From a virus (taxonomy: Duplodnaviria; Caudoviricetes): 59,230 nt of DNA. Of the stretch, positions 1 to 8,938 are shown piece by piece. Location of the stretch: positions 1 to 59,230 of IMG/VR virus record IMGVR_UViG_3300012936_000013. The stretch is one strand, 5' to 3'. A program made the translations under genes and the position numbers. Every line of letters begins with the position of its first letter. Position 1 is the first letter of the stretch. The notes beneath the pieces are model-generated. The model did not search any database. It saw only the letters and a program-made list of their open reading frames with translations, and was not told the DNA's origin.

Positions 1-177
1 AACCTCCAAGTTTCTTGCTGGCAGACTTTGCATCTCTCCACTGGTCCAGCGAACAACCTTTATCTGTTCTGTGCCGGGAATCTCACGAAGTATAATCCCC
101 AAATAATTTTTATAGAGATCTGCGTCGTGCCACCGATTATTGGGGCTGACATATCTAACTAAATCACCGATTTGCAC
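1..177 (-). CDS. Small SH3/KOW-like 'xGDLV' family protein, runs off the window edge (not in ORF track)
   Basis: Own translation from GTG at 177: MQIGDLVRYVSPNNRWHDADLYKNYLGIILREIPGTEQIKVVRWTSGEMQSLPARNLEV, open to base 1; GGAGG upstream. Confidence 0.75.
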   Translation of the reverse strand, partial: MQIGDLVRYVSPNNRWHDADLYKNYLGIILREIPGTEQIKVVRWTSGEMQSLPARNLEV

Positions 178-346
178 TTATAACCTCCACCCATGTGGGC
201 TCTACATACCATTGACGCTTCCCCTTAGACGGATGTTGCCACAACACCAGCAGACGATCTACCCGTGTATTATTTATCCTGACAATGATGCCTGTCTTTG
301 AGTTATCGTGTCGGTATCTGACCAAGTTTCCTACTGAAAATCCCAT
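164..346 (-). CDS. Small SH3/KOW-like 'xGDLV' family protein
   Basis: MGFSVGNLVRY...GIIV...VLW...WVEVIS pattern; start re-assigned to ATG 346 after a GAGG site. Confidence 0.7.
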   Translation of the reverse strand: MGFSVGNLVRYRHDNSKTGIIVRINNTRVDRLLVLWQHPSKGKRQWYVEPTWVEVISANR

Positions 347-369
347 GTCACCTCTCATCTTACATAAAC

Positions 370-398
370 AATATAGCATCAAAGCAAGAACAAGTCAA
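370..398 (-). promoter_or_regulatory. Sigma70-type promoter
   Basis: TTGACT-17-TATATT on minus strand. Confidence 0.7.
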
Positions 399-416
399 GC
401 ATTATTTTTATTTATT

Positions 417-917
417 TTAAGTTTTTTCGTAGGTCATGAAGATCCTATCAATGATCGGTAGCGTACCACTGTGATTTACATAGGGATTTTTCTCGTGGTG
501 GTGGAGATGGTGTTTCATCCATTTTTTTAAGGGTAGTCCGAGTGCCTGCCTGCGGTGTGCCATCGTGTGGCGATAAGCGTAGAACGGGAAAAAAGAAACG
601 AGTCCTGCTGCTGCCCATGGAGACACCACAGCAACTGCCGTGACCACGGTCAAGACGAACAGTTTGACCTTAAAAGGAAAGAACATATTCATTTCTTCCA
701 GTTTTCCACTGCGCTTGGCTCGTATGTGTTCCCGGTGGTGCGCCGTGCGTATGTTCCTTCCCCACCTTGCGAGCGGTGCCAAAGGATTCCACTTGCTAAA
801 CAAGAGATTATATATTTTTGAGTTCTTTCTACTGTGAAACACGTGTCTGTGTACAAGATAAAAAGCGGTGGCACCTGAAAAGAAACCGACCGCTCCAAGA
901 AATAACTCTGCTAACAT
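417..917 (-). CDS. Fatty acid hydroxylase/sterol desaturase superfamily membrane di-iron protein
   Basis: His boxes HRHVFH, AHHREH, YRHTMAH, HHLHHH separated by hydrophobic segments. Confidence 0.7.
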   Translation of the reverse strand: MLAELFLGAVGFFSGATAFYLVHRHVFHSRKNSKIYNLLFSKWNPLAPLARWGRNIRTAHHREHIRAKRSGKLEEMNMFFPFKVKLFVLTVVTAVAVVSPWAAAGLVSFFPFYAYRHTMAHRRQALGLPLKKWMKHHLHHHEKNPYVNHSGTLPIIDRIFMTYEKT

Positions 918-982
918 TTCACATCACCCCGCCATATATTTTAATTATAACATTCCAATGTAAAAGTGTATATTTTTTTATT

Positions 983-1171
983 TTAATCCCAATCTTCCAT
1001 TGAGTGTTTGATCCAGTCTGGCTTGTCTACTTCTTCAATATCCATCTCTAACCACTCTGGGTGTACTTCTTTGAGGATCTTCTCTACATATTCGGTGTTC
1101 TTGTCAATGGCTTCTACCAACACCTCCTTATTCTCCTCTACTGTTTTATAATTAACCTTCCAAAAGCTCAC
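983..1171 (-). CDS. Hypothetical small acidic protein
   Basis: ORF track; start overlaps the upstream stop. Confidence 0.55.
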   Translation of the reverse strand: MSFWKVNYKTVEENKEVLVEAIDKNTEYVEKILKEVHPEWLEMDIEEVDKPDWIKHSMEDWD

Positions 1172-1356
1172 TCTAATTTCCTCCGTTCTTTTACTTTTTT
1201 AACCAGCTTTCTTTTGAGATGATTTCTTTGTTTATGGCTCAATTTGCCATACTTGTCTTCAAACTTTTTTATTTTAGACTCAAGACGAATCATGTAAACC
1301 CTCAACATGAAATCTGGGTGTACTGGTTTGACTGCTTCAGGTTTCCAACCGAGCAT
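1168..1356 (-). CDS. Hypothetical small basic protein
   Basis: ORF track; fits minus-strand gene packing. Confidence 0.5.
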   Translation of the reverse strand: MLGWKPEAVKPVHPDFMLRVYMIRLESKIKKFEDKYGKLSHKQRNHLKRKLVKKVKERRKLE

Positions 1357-1438
1357 TTGTCTTATCTTTTTCCATATTAGTGCAAATGCCCCACGGTTTG
1401 GTTCCCCCTTTGCTGTTTTGTGCTCAAACTATATAGTA

Positions 1439-1627
1439 TTATTTTCCGGTTTTGGAAGTTTTTTTATACGCACTCGGTACGATCTCGCAAGGAGAGATAC
1501 CGATGTTGCTAAACTTTCGGACGCTACGGACGCAGGAACGATAAGACGCTGGCTTAGTCATCTTGATTGTGTTGTCCTCAGTCTTGTGGTAGAGAATGAT
1601 ATACTTTTTCTTTTCTTCTTTTCTCAT
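1439..1627 (-). CDS. Hypothetical small basic protein
   Basis: ORF track; ATGA overlap with the upstream nuclease gene. Confidence 0.5.
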   Translation of the reverse strand: MRKEEKKKYIILYHKTEDNTIKMTKPASYRSCVRSVRKFSNIGISPCEIVPSAYKKTSKTGK

Positions 1628-2334
1628 TTGATGTGCTCCATCATTTTATTAATAGAATCTGGATTGTCCAGAGTGTAAGGTGATTCCCCAGAGAAACAGA
1701 GGCGACCTTGTGCACGCAGTGAGCCGCCGACCATAGACACGCCTGATGCAGACTTGCGTGAGCCTGAGCGACCTGCCCGGAGTTCAATGTTGATCTCGCC
1801 TTCCAGTTTTGGCACTGGAAGTCCCGCTGGGTTATCTCGTAAATAAAAGAGTCCGGCACCACCAATCTGGATGTAGTCTACACCCTTGGATGCGTAATGC
1901 TCTGCCAAAAACTCTGTATCCTTTTTAACCTTTACGTTGATTGGCTTCAAAAGCCCAGCAACCTGTGCTGTTGACCACGCATCTTTCTCACAACTAATTG
2001 GAAAACTCTCGCCGCCCAAGAACGATAAAAGTCTTTCAATGTGCTCCTTTTTATCGCTGAGTGCCGCTGTGATTACGTCAAACGTACCCGCATCAATTGC
2101 CGCACCGACCGCCTCAAACTCTCCGTCAACATAACGAACAGAGGTTCCCCCCATTTGAGCATCACCATCTTTCTTCACTTCTACTAGAAAGTTCTTCCCG
2201 AAAATATTAATGTCCGCATCGGCGTCGGCTGATGAAGCGCCTGCGCCTTCGGTGATATTCCCTGCAACTCCTGCCGATGCAAGTGCTGCTATAACTTCGT
2301 CTTCATACTCAAAACCTTTTACGTTGGAACTCAT
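1624..2334 (-). CDS. PD-(D/E)XK restriction-endonuclease-like protein
   Basis: GFEYE helix followed by ADADI...VEVKK catalytic pattern. Confidence 0.65.
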   Translation of the reverse strand: MSSNVKGFEYEDEVIAALASAGVAGNITEGAGASSADADADINIFGKNFLVEVKKDGDAQMGGTSVRYVDGEFEAVGAAIDAGTFDVITAALSDKKEHIERLLSFLGGESFPISCEKDAWSTAQVAGLLKPINVKVKKDTEFLAEHYASKGVDYIQIGGAGLFYLRDNPAGLPVPKLEGEINIELRAGRSGSRKSASGVSMVGGSLRAQGRLCFSGESPYTLDNPDSINKMMEHIK

Positions 2335-2335
2335 A

Positions 2336-2623
2336 CTATTCCCCTTCTTTCTTTACAATCCTTAGCCAACTTAGTGGCACCCAAGTCCGATCACTGTATG
2401 TTGATTCCATTTCCCACTCAGATGGTCTTTTTATCCAATGCACAAGAGCACATATCTCCTCAGACCTCGTGATGTAGGATGAACCCAACTTTTCTTTCCA
2501 CTCGTCCGCAGTCATTCTCGCTGGTGGTTTTTCCGTCTTCTTGATGATGAGACCAAGACCCGAGATTCTTCTGCGACCCATGCGTACTAAAACGCCTACG
2601 TTTTTTTGTGTTCTTCTGCCCAA
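2336..2623 (-). CDS. SH3/KOW-like small protein
   Basis: VGVLVR...GLGLII...VHW...WVPLSWLRIV pattern like other family members. Confidence 0.55.
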   Translation of the reverse strand: MGRRTQKNVGVLVRMGRRRISGLGLIIKKTEKPPARMTADEWKEKLGSSYITRSEEICALVHWIKRPSEWEMESTYSDRTWVPLSWLRIVKKEGE

Positions 2624-2629
2624 AACAAG

Positions 2630-2776
2630 TTACTCCCAAGACTTACTCTTGTGTTTTACCTTTCTAGAGTAACCACGTTTTGAGTGAAAGCCGCCGCCAG
2701 CGCCTGCTCGGGCAATAAGACCGACGACGACCATATTCCTTTGCTTCGGCTTTTTAACTTTAATCTTCTTCTTCAT
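2630..2776 (-). CDS. 48-aa basic protein, ArfA-like C-terminus (not in ORF track)
   Basis: Own translation: MKKKIKVKKPKQRNMVVVGLIARAGAGGGFHSKRGYSRKVKHKSKSWE; fills the gap between two genes. Confidence 0.6.
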   Translation of the reverse strand: MKKKIKVKKPKQRNMVVVGLIARAGAGGGFHSKRGYSRKVKHKSKSWE

Positions 2777-2785
2777 CTTCAGTCC

Positions 2786-3076
2786 CTAGTAATACCAGTA
2801 GTCTACGAATTCCCAATTGCAAGAGTGTTGCCAAAGGCACCACTCCTCCCATTCGCCCCAACCCAGATACCATATACCGCACTCGCCTTCGTAATTACCC
2901 CACTGATCATAATACACATTATATTCCTCAGCAGGGGTGTAGTACGGCTCTGACGGACTACAGTGGTAGTGATCCGACGTGTGATAAGACTTCGTAGAGT
3001 ACCCGTGTCCGTGTTGCACATAGACACCATCACACCCACCTAAAGCTAAAACCAATGCAAACAGAACCTTCTTCAC
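2786..3076 (-). CDS. Putative lipoprotein, Tyr/Trp/His-rich
   Basis: Likely GTG start at 3076; KKVLFALVLALGGC lipobox. Confidence 0.6.
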   Translation of the reverse strand: MKKVLFALVLALGGCDGVYVQHGHGYSTKSYHTSDHYHCSPSEPYYTPAEEYNVYYDQWGNYEGECGIWYLGWGEWEEWCLWQHSCNWEFVDYWYY

Positions 3077-3106
3077 TTTCACCTCTCGTTGTTTTTTCTT
3101 ACCTAC

Positions 3107-3135
3107 AATATAACAGGTTTCACGTTTTTTGTCAA
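3107..3135 (-). promoter_or_regulatory. Sigma70-type promoter
   Basis: TTGACA-17-TATATT. Confidence 0.75.
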
Positions 3136-3323
3136 GGTTTTTTTTTAAAGTTTTTTGCCCTTGAAACACACAAGAGATTTTTATTTAATGCCCAGTCTGG
3201 GTCTCCACCATCCATGAATTTTATCATGCTCGTGTCGCAAGCGCCTTCTTTTAGAACCAAAGCAAGCCGATCACGGTCTCGGCAATAGGGTTTCAGTTTT
3301 ACCAAGTCACCGGGCTTAAACAT
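3132..3323 (-). CDS. Small SH3/KOW-like 'xGDLV' family protein
   Basis: MFKPGDLVKLK...; start at 3323 via TAATG overlap. Confidence 0.65.
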   Translation of the reverse strand: MFKPGDLVKLKPYCRDRDRLALVLKEGACDTSMIKFMDGGDPDWALNKNLLCVSRAKNFKKKP

Positions 3324-3415
3324 TAAGCACCTACGGTGACGATGTATGTGAACAGGGCAACCCAACCACAAAGGATAACAATTTTAGCAGCGATAATAAT
3401 TTTTTTAGCATTCAT
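3323..3415 (-). CDS. 30-aa single-transmembrane peptide (not in ORF track)
   Basis: MNAKKIIIAAKIVILCGWVALFTYIVTVGA; stop overlaps the next start (TAATG). Confidence 0.55.
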   Translation of the reverse strand: MNAKKIIIAAKIVILCGWVALFTYIVTVGA

Positions 3416-3466
3416 TTGATTTCTCACTTTAAAAAGGGAGGGGAAGTCTCTCTCCCTTACACTACT

Positions 3467-3494
3467 ATTATAATCGTTTGAGATCCCAAGTCAA
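3467..3494 (-). promoter_or_regulatory. Sigma70-type promoter
   Basis: TTGACT-16-TATAAT. Confidence 0.65.
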
Positions 3495-3503
3495 GAACTT
3501 TTT

Positions 3504-4112
3504 TTATTTATCTTCACTAATTTTAACTGTGACCGACATCACTTTTTTTAATACTTTCCTGCCGCCACAAGTATAACAGATCCGATCATATTTAATTCCA
3601 CGACCACCGCAAGCGGAGCAGTCAACCTGAAGATGAATTCCCTGCCGGTTGTACATTGACACAGATCCACGCCCGTGGCAATGTTCGCACCTCTGAGGGT
3701 TGTCACCGCCGGTTCCCTTGCACGTGTCGCAGGAAACTGTTCTTTTATAATTTATTTTCTGGGTTGCTCCACGCTTTATCTGCTCCAAATTGACACCAAG
3801 GTTAAATTTAATATCCTTATCTGTCGGTACTCTGGATTGAGACATGTTGCGTCTCATGTTTCTAAAGAAGTCCCCGAAAGTCTCGTCCCAAGAGTTAGGA
3901 TTCAGCTTTCTTTTCGTGAACTCAGGCGTGTCGTACTCCTTCTTCTTTTCTGGGTCTGACAGTACGCTGTACGCCTCGTTCACCTCCTTGAATGCTTCTT
4001 CGTCTCCTCCACGATCCGGATGGCTCTTTCTTGCCATCGCACGATAGGCACTCTTGATCTGTTCGGGTGTTGCGTTGCGAGGAACGCCAAGTATTTTATA
4101 ATAATCTTTCAA
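3504..4112 (-). CDS. dnaJ: DnaJ-like co-chaperone (J domain plus zinc finger, short C-terminus)
   Basis: DYYKILGV...HPDRGG J domain; four CxxCxGxG-type repeats. Confidence 0.9.
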   Translation of the reverse strand: MKDYYKILGVPRNATPEQIKSAYRAMARKSHPDRGGDEEAFKEVNEAYSVLSDPEKKKEYDTPEFTKRKLNPNSWDETFGDFFRNMRRNMSQSRVPTDKDIKFNLGVNLEQIKRGATQKINYKRTVSCDTCKGTGGDNPQRCEHCHGRGSVSMYNRQGIHLQVDCSACGGRGIKYDRICYTCGGRKVLKKVMSVTVKISEDK

Positions 4113-4531
4113 TAGGCGACCTCCTCTACCAAGTTTTTATTGAGGAGCCAATCGTTTAGATTGTTTCTTGACCCATCTTTATCTTGATACCAGACCTCTA
4201 CAAGATACCGACCATACTTGCCTTTCTTGACTGCCGAAACGACAACCAACGTGCCAACTGGTAGCATCTCGTTGAGCCTCTGTTTGAGTGCTAGACCTCT
4301 CCGCTTCTCTGACTCTGTGACGTGAGCGTATTTTCTCACCTCTGGTGCATCAACTCTTGCGAGCCGAGCCTTTTCTTTCACTGAGATGTTGAACCCGAGG
4401 TCAATGCTGAGGATAACGGTGTCACCATCAACCCATCTTAAAATCTCTGCCGAATAGCTGTTTCCTTCATAAAGTTTTTTTATTTCTTTCTTTCTCATCA
4501 GCTTTGCAGACTGAGAACAAGATAGGAACAA
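4109..4531 (-). CDS. Thermonuclease (SNase-like)
   Basis: [15 protein letters not shown] and KYGRYL motifs; true start may be 4498. Confidence 0.85.
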   Translation of the reverse strand: MFLSCSQSAKLMRKKEIKKLYEGNSYSAEILRWVDGDTVILSIDLGFNISVKEKARLARVDAPEVRKYAHVTESEKRRGLALKQRLNEMLPVGTLVVVSAVKKGKYGRYLVEVWYQDKDGSRNNLNDWLLNKNLVEEVAY

Positions 4532-4754
4532 CAGTGATTGTGTTTTTGTTGTCCGTAGTCATGTTTGGCAACTCCACCGGAGCAGCGTCATTGCTTGTGT
4601 AGAGAAGGTTTCTCTCTGTCATCTCGGTTGGAACCACACACTTGAACACGTCCTTCATGTTCGTTGCTTGAGTGTCTGCAACCGAGAATGGTGTGGCGAG
4701 AACTAACGCCACCATCACAAACGAAGTTAAAAGTTTCGTATTAACAATGCTCAA
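4467..4754 (-). CDS. Hypothetical secreted protein
   Basis: N-terminal signal-like hydrophobic stretch; GGAGG upstream. Confidence 0.5.
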   Translation of the reverse strand: MSIVNTKLLTSFVMVALVLATPFSVADTQATNMKDVFKCVVPTEMTERNLLYTSNDAAPVELPNMTTDNKNTITVVPILFSVCKADEKERNKKTL

Positions 4755-4789
4755 TCTAATTTCCTCCTACCATTAAGTAGTTTCTATCG

Positions 4790-5074
4790 CTAATCTTCAT
4801 CGTATTCGCTGCCCCACTGTCCCATGTTGTCATAATCTTCGTAATCTTCACGGTCTTCCCAAGGAACACTGTCTAGAAACTCTCCGTGACCAAACAGACT
4901 GTTTTCCTCTACCATTCTGACATACTCCTGAAGTTTATCCTCTGCCGCCTCAAGCTCCTCGTCGGTCAGGTCATATGCCATTTCCTCCAAGTATTCTCTT
5001 GCTTCGTCTTCGTTGATGTGCCCCATACGAAAATCTTCTAAAAGGACTCTCCAAGAATTATATTCCTCACTCAT
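4790..5074 (-). CDS. Hypothetical acidic protein
   Basis: Start re-assigned to MSEEY after AGGAG; very E/D-rich. Confidence 0.6.
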   Translation of the reverse strand: MSEEYNSWRVLLEDFRMGHINEDEAREYLEEMAYDLTDEELEAAEDKLQEYVRMVEENSLFGHGEFLDSVPWEDREDYEDYDNMGQWGSEYDED

Positions 5075-5100
5075 TTGTTTAATTTCTCCTGTGTTATATT

Positions 5101-5385
5101 TTATCGGTTCATCACCGACCAATTTCTAGAATCAAAGGTGTGCCAATCGCTAAGATTTGGAACCTTAGTAGACCACTGGACTTGCCCAAGGATTCTCGGT
5201 ATTCCATGGTCTGGTTCTTCAGTCTTGGTGACCAAGCCGTAATACTCGCCAAGAGCGTTCTTGTATCTTACAATGTCACCCGCTCTTACGTCAATGTTGT
5301 AAAATTTTTTTAACTTCTCAGTTTTAACATGACGCTCCCTCTCCTCCGGGTGCATCATCTTCTCATCATCACTCTTTCCGTACAT
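5101..5385 (-). CDS. SH3/KOW-like small protein
   Basis: VRAGDIVRY...YGLV...VQW pattern. Confidence 0.55.
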   Translation of the reverse strand: MYGKSDDEKMMHPEERERHVKTEKLKKFYNIDVRAGDIVRYKNALGEYYGLVTKTEEPDHGIPRILGQVQWSTKVPNLSDWHTFDSRNWSVMNR

Positions 5386-5386
5386 T

Positions 5387-5620
5387 CTAATCAGACCCCC
5401 TAGTACCAGATTTCTTAACATTCTTAACATTCACTAACTCACTTTCAGGGTGCCACTCTAAAGTTCCAGTGACCCACAAAACACGAACAAGTCTTGATTC
5501 TTCTTGCTCAGTAATTAGTGTTACAACGCCTTCGCCCTTGCTTGGACCGCTTGTCATGCCCGGTCTCCATGGTAAACATCTTAACACACGATCACCAACA
5601 TTTATAGAATTTTTTTTCAT
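5387..5620 (-). CDS. SH3/KOW-like small protein
   Basis: INVGDRV...GVV...VRVLW...EWHPESELV pattern. Confidence 0.6.
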   Translation of the reverse strand: MKKNSINVGDRVLRCLPWRPGMTSGPSKGEGVVTLITEQEESRLVRVLWVTGTLEWHPESELVNVKNVKKSGTRGSD

Positions 5621-5922
5621 CTTTTTCTCCTTCGTTTTTCAACCAATGCAAGCTCAGTCTTAAACATCCAGACTGGACGATCCGTGGGTGATATGTTGTC
5701 ACCTTGCCAAAGAACCAAATAGATAGGTTTAAATAGTAGATATTCTGGAATTTCTTCTAATGGGATTTCTGCATCCATGTCACCACTTGAACGCAAGTCT
5801 TCAATCAGATCTTGAATCTTGGAGCAGTCGTCTCGTCTTTCCAGAACAACACCAACCCCCACATTCAGACCCGAATCATCTTTAAGTCTTACTAAATCAC
5901 CAACTTTTATTTCATCACGCAA
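5617..5922 (-). CDS. SH3/KOW-like 'KVGDLV' protein
   Basis: IKVGDLVRL...GVGVV...YLVLW...WMFKTEL pattern. Confidence 0.65.
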   Translation of the reverse strand: MRDEIKVGDLVRLKDDSGLNVGVGVVLERRDDCSKIQDLIEDLRSSGDMDAEIPLEEIPEYLLFKPIYLVLWQGDNISPTDRPVWMFKTELALVEKRRRKR

Positions 5923-5981
5923 AGTATAACGTCCTCTCGCTTACACCACTAAATAGCTCTAAGTGCAGTAAAAAGAACCAT

Positions 5982-8243
5982 TTAAGGCAAACAAACGTCA
6001 GCAAATATGTTTCGGAGCACAGCCGCATTGATTTGACTGATATTGTAGGTCTCGCAAATTGAGTCATACTGATTGTTATAGCTGCCATCTATGAAGCAAT
6101 GGATTTCAAAGTTGTTCGTGGGTTGTTCGCAATCTGGTGGCAAGCAAGGACACCCTCCGATGCCATCACACGTTTGAGTTCTTGCAGCAACCTGTTGCTC
6201 TGTTAAATTTCTCCAAGTCTGTGCCATCTCGTCGCCGAATATAAAAACATATGGATATGCATCAGGTCTCCAACCCACGTTCGCTGGGTCTTGAACATCG
6301 GCAAGGTCATACAGCACATCGTATGACGGCTCCTCACCGCATTCCAACCCGTTGTTAAGAACCTGAATCAGTAAATTTAAAAACACGTTAACGTTCACCA
6401 GACCACCCGACATGTTATAATACGGCTGCTCATCACAGGAATCAACTGGTGCTGAACTGGGTGGTGCTGGATAAAGGAGCAAAGCGAACCTGTGCTCAGT
6501 GCCCATAAAGTCTTGGGCGTACTGGCTAATTGCGTCGTGAATATCCTGAATCTCGTCTCGCATGGAACCAGTAATGTCAATGACGAACACCATGTCTACA
6601 CGTTCAAAAGAATTTAAATCTTCGTCTGTCAGACCATCACAGTCATTATCTTCTTCATCACAAACTTCTTCTTCGGGTCCGACCGCACCGCAGTCTTCAG
6701 GCAACATTCTCCATGTCTGTAGCTGCTGATCGTATTCACAAGTTTGCGAGCCCGCCGTACAGAGACCTTGCTCGCAACTGCCGGGTCCGTTCTCCTGTGC
6801 TTGTCTAGCAATTTCAGGAATTGGAGAGTTTGGATCGCAGTCGCAAACAACATTAACTAAGTGACCGCCGTTCACATTATTCTCTCCAACATCACAATCA
6901 TGATCCCAGCCATCGCAAACTTCTTCATCGCACAGCCCCCACCACGTGTTCGGACTATTTCCCTCGTGTCGTGGGTCGCAGGCACGATAGCACTCACCGT
7001 ACTGGCAGTCTCCGTTTTCGCAAACACAATCTTTCTTAGCCTTTCCGCACGTTAGCCCTGCTGCTTGCATTTCGGGAATCGTACAATCAGGTGCATTCGG
7101 TCCTACTTCTGCTGGGTCGCATTGGCACTCTTGTCCCTCGTCAATTAGTCCGTCACAGTCGTCATCTTCACCGTTACACGGTTCGGTGTCCTCGTTTCCC
7201 GGTTGAGGTGCATCACAGACAGAGTATTCTCCTCCGGTGCAATACTGATAACCGTAGACAGGACAGCCGTTGGTGCAGAGAATCGGCTCAGCGTCTTCAT
7301 CGGTCTGAGTATCGCAGTCGTTGTCCAGACCATCACACATGTCTTGCTGTTCGCCAGTGTATGCATCCACGCACATCATGTCAGAAGTTACACTGTTGCA
7401 AATAAAATAGCCGGGTTCGCATACCCCAATGCTTGAGCCACATGAATCTCCAACGCCAGCTACTGCGCCGGGTTCATCAGCGAATCCGTTGCAGTTGTTG
7501 TCTCTACCATCACAGGTCTCTGGCTCGGGACCAATGAAAAGTGCCCCATCACACATTACCTCTCCACCTTGGCACTTCAAGGTTCCTGTCTCGTAAACGC
7601 AATCAGTGTCCTCGTAAACAAGCGTGCTTGGCTCTACACCTTCAGGCACTTCCGGGTGGCAAAGACCAAGGTCTTGCATGTCCTCATCTATGTGCATATT
7701 ACAGTTGTTATCTAGACCATCACAAACCTCCGAAGCAGAAGGGTTCACACTCGCATTGAAGTCATCGCAGTCGTCTCCACATACCGTACCATCAGGTCTT
7801 GTCGCTTGGGCTGAAAGGTGCCCATCTTGATCGTTATCGTAAGGTTCATCAATCTCGCCATCGCAGTCGTTGTCCTTGCCGTCGCATACGTCACCGACCG
7901 GTGTCACGCTGCCCACACAAATATCGTCAGTTCTTATGTTGTGCCAGTTAGCTAGACAGTCAACGTCTTCTCCGCAGAAATCGGAGGGTCTGTAAACCTC
8001 TTGGCGACAACGAATGATTCCTGCATTGCATTCGCCAACACTTAACTCTGATTTTGATCTTGATTCATAGGTGAAATCGTCTTCAGTTCCCGAGCATGGG
8101 ATCTGCTTGACGGATCTGTGGGAACAAGCCTTTATCAACTCAATGCCGTCGTCGCACGAACACGATGATAAAATAAATGTGCTCAGGAGTGCGAGCACTA
8201 CGCTTAGATTCCTCACCCCATTGGTCCCGCCTAACAATTTCAA
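5982..8243 (-). CDS. Lipoprotein with seven Cys-rich (MopE-related, putative metal-binding) repeats and a C-terminal vWA domain
   Basis: LSSC lipobox; repeats of type ExCDGxDNDCDGxxDE; DMVFVIDITGSM MIDAS-like motif and FIFGDE. Confidence 0.8.
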   Translation of the reverse strand: MKLLGGTNGVRNLSVVLALLSTFILSSCSCDDGIELIKACSHRSVKQIPCSGTEDDFTYESRSKSELSVGECNAGIIRCRQEVYRPSDFCGEDVDCLANWHNIRTDDICVGSVTPVGDVCDGKDNDCDGEIDEPYDNDQDGHLSAQATRPDGTVCGDDCDDFNASVNPSASEVCDGLDNNCNMHIDEDMQDLGLCHPEVPEGVEPSTLVYEDTDCVYETGTLKCQGGEVMCDGALFIGPEPETCDGRDNNCNGFADEPGAVAGVGDSCGSSIGVCEPGYFICNSVTSDMMCVDAYTGEQQDMCDGLDNDCDTQTDEDAEPILCTNGCPVYGYQYCTGGEYSVCDAPQPGNEDTEPCNGEDDDCDGLIDEGQECQCDPAEVGPNAPDCTIPEMQAAGLTCGKAKKDCVCENGDCQYGECYRACDPRHEGNSPNTWWGLCDEEVCDGWDHDCDVGENNVNGGHLVNVVCDCDPNSPIPEIARQAQENGPGSCEQGLCTAGSQTCEYDQQLQTWRMLPEDCGAVGPEEEVCDEEDNDCDGLTDEDLNSFERVDMVFVIDITGSMRDEIQDIHDAISQYAQDFMGTEHRFALLLYPAPPSSAPVDSCDEQPYYNMSGGLVNVNVFLNLLIQVLNNGLECGEEPSYDVLYDLADVQDPANVGWRPDAYPYVFIFGDEMAQTWRNLTEQQVAARTQTCDGIGGCPCLPPDCEQPTNNFEIHCFIDGSYNNQYDSICETYNISQINAAVLRNIFADVCLP

Positions 8244-8292
8244 ATACGGGCAAAAGAATTGCCCCTATTAGTAGGTAGTGACCAAAAAACGT

Positions 8293-8937
8293 TTATGCCT
8301 CTTGATTCTGCTCTTTTTTATAGATCTGGATTTCTACGCCGGGGAAATTCTCTTGGAGCCACTTCAATTCAAACTTCGGTAGCTTGTAAAGAAAGATTAA
8401 CTTCTTACAAAAATGAAAAGGAATTAATGTTCCAAGAGCGTCAACCTTTGCATCAATTCCCGAGCCTGAATCGGCGGCAGAGTCTGCCATCGTCACTCTA
8501 ACTTCGGCTTCGGGGGTATCAATCGTTGGGTCTTGATGACTGCGAAACTCAAACTGTCCTGTGGCGGCAAGCGCCGAGCCGTCAAAAACGAGCACTAGGT
8601 TACCGAAAGCGCCACCGGACAACGGATCAAGTTCTGTCGCAAAAGACACGCCGTTTTGCCCCGCACCATGGCGAGAGTGGTCGCTGTAGTCACGAAGACC
8701 TAGTTCAGCAATACTGGACAATAGCGGTGGTCTAGTTGCATGATACAGTTCTGCCGGAATCTCTGCTGGCGACAGCGCCTCTGGCTGAGCAACCTCCTCT
8801 GGGTTGTATACCGTCTCTAGGTTGTGTTGTTCTGATTCATAAATAAATTGTTTCCAGCGAGAGCCAAACCCAATAGCGGGTTCTGTTTGATCCTGCCCTG
8901 TCTCCAAATATTGTTTCCATAAATCTTTAAATGACAT
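8293..8937 (-). CDS. ADP-ribosyltransferase/Tpt1(KptA)-like fold protein with a 'W-K-x-Y/F-L/I' leader
   Basis: LYHAT...SIAELGL...GVSFAT...LVLVFD; start re-assigned to MSFKDLWKQYLE. Confidence 0.55.
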   Translation of the reverse strand: MSFKDLWKQYLETGQDQTEPAIGFGSRWKQFIYESEQHNLETVYNPEEVAQPEALSPAEIPAELYHATRPPLLSSIAELGLRDYSDHSRHGAGQNGVSFATELDPLSGGAFGNLVLVFDGSALAATGQFEFRSHQDPTIDTPEAEVRVTMADSAADSGSGIDAKVDALGTLIPFHFCKKLIFLYKLPKFELKWLQENFPGVEIQIYKKEQNQEA

Positions 8938-8938
8938 T

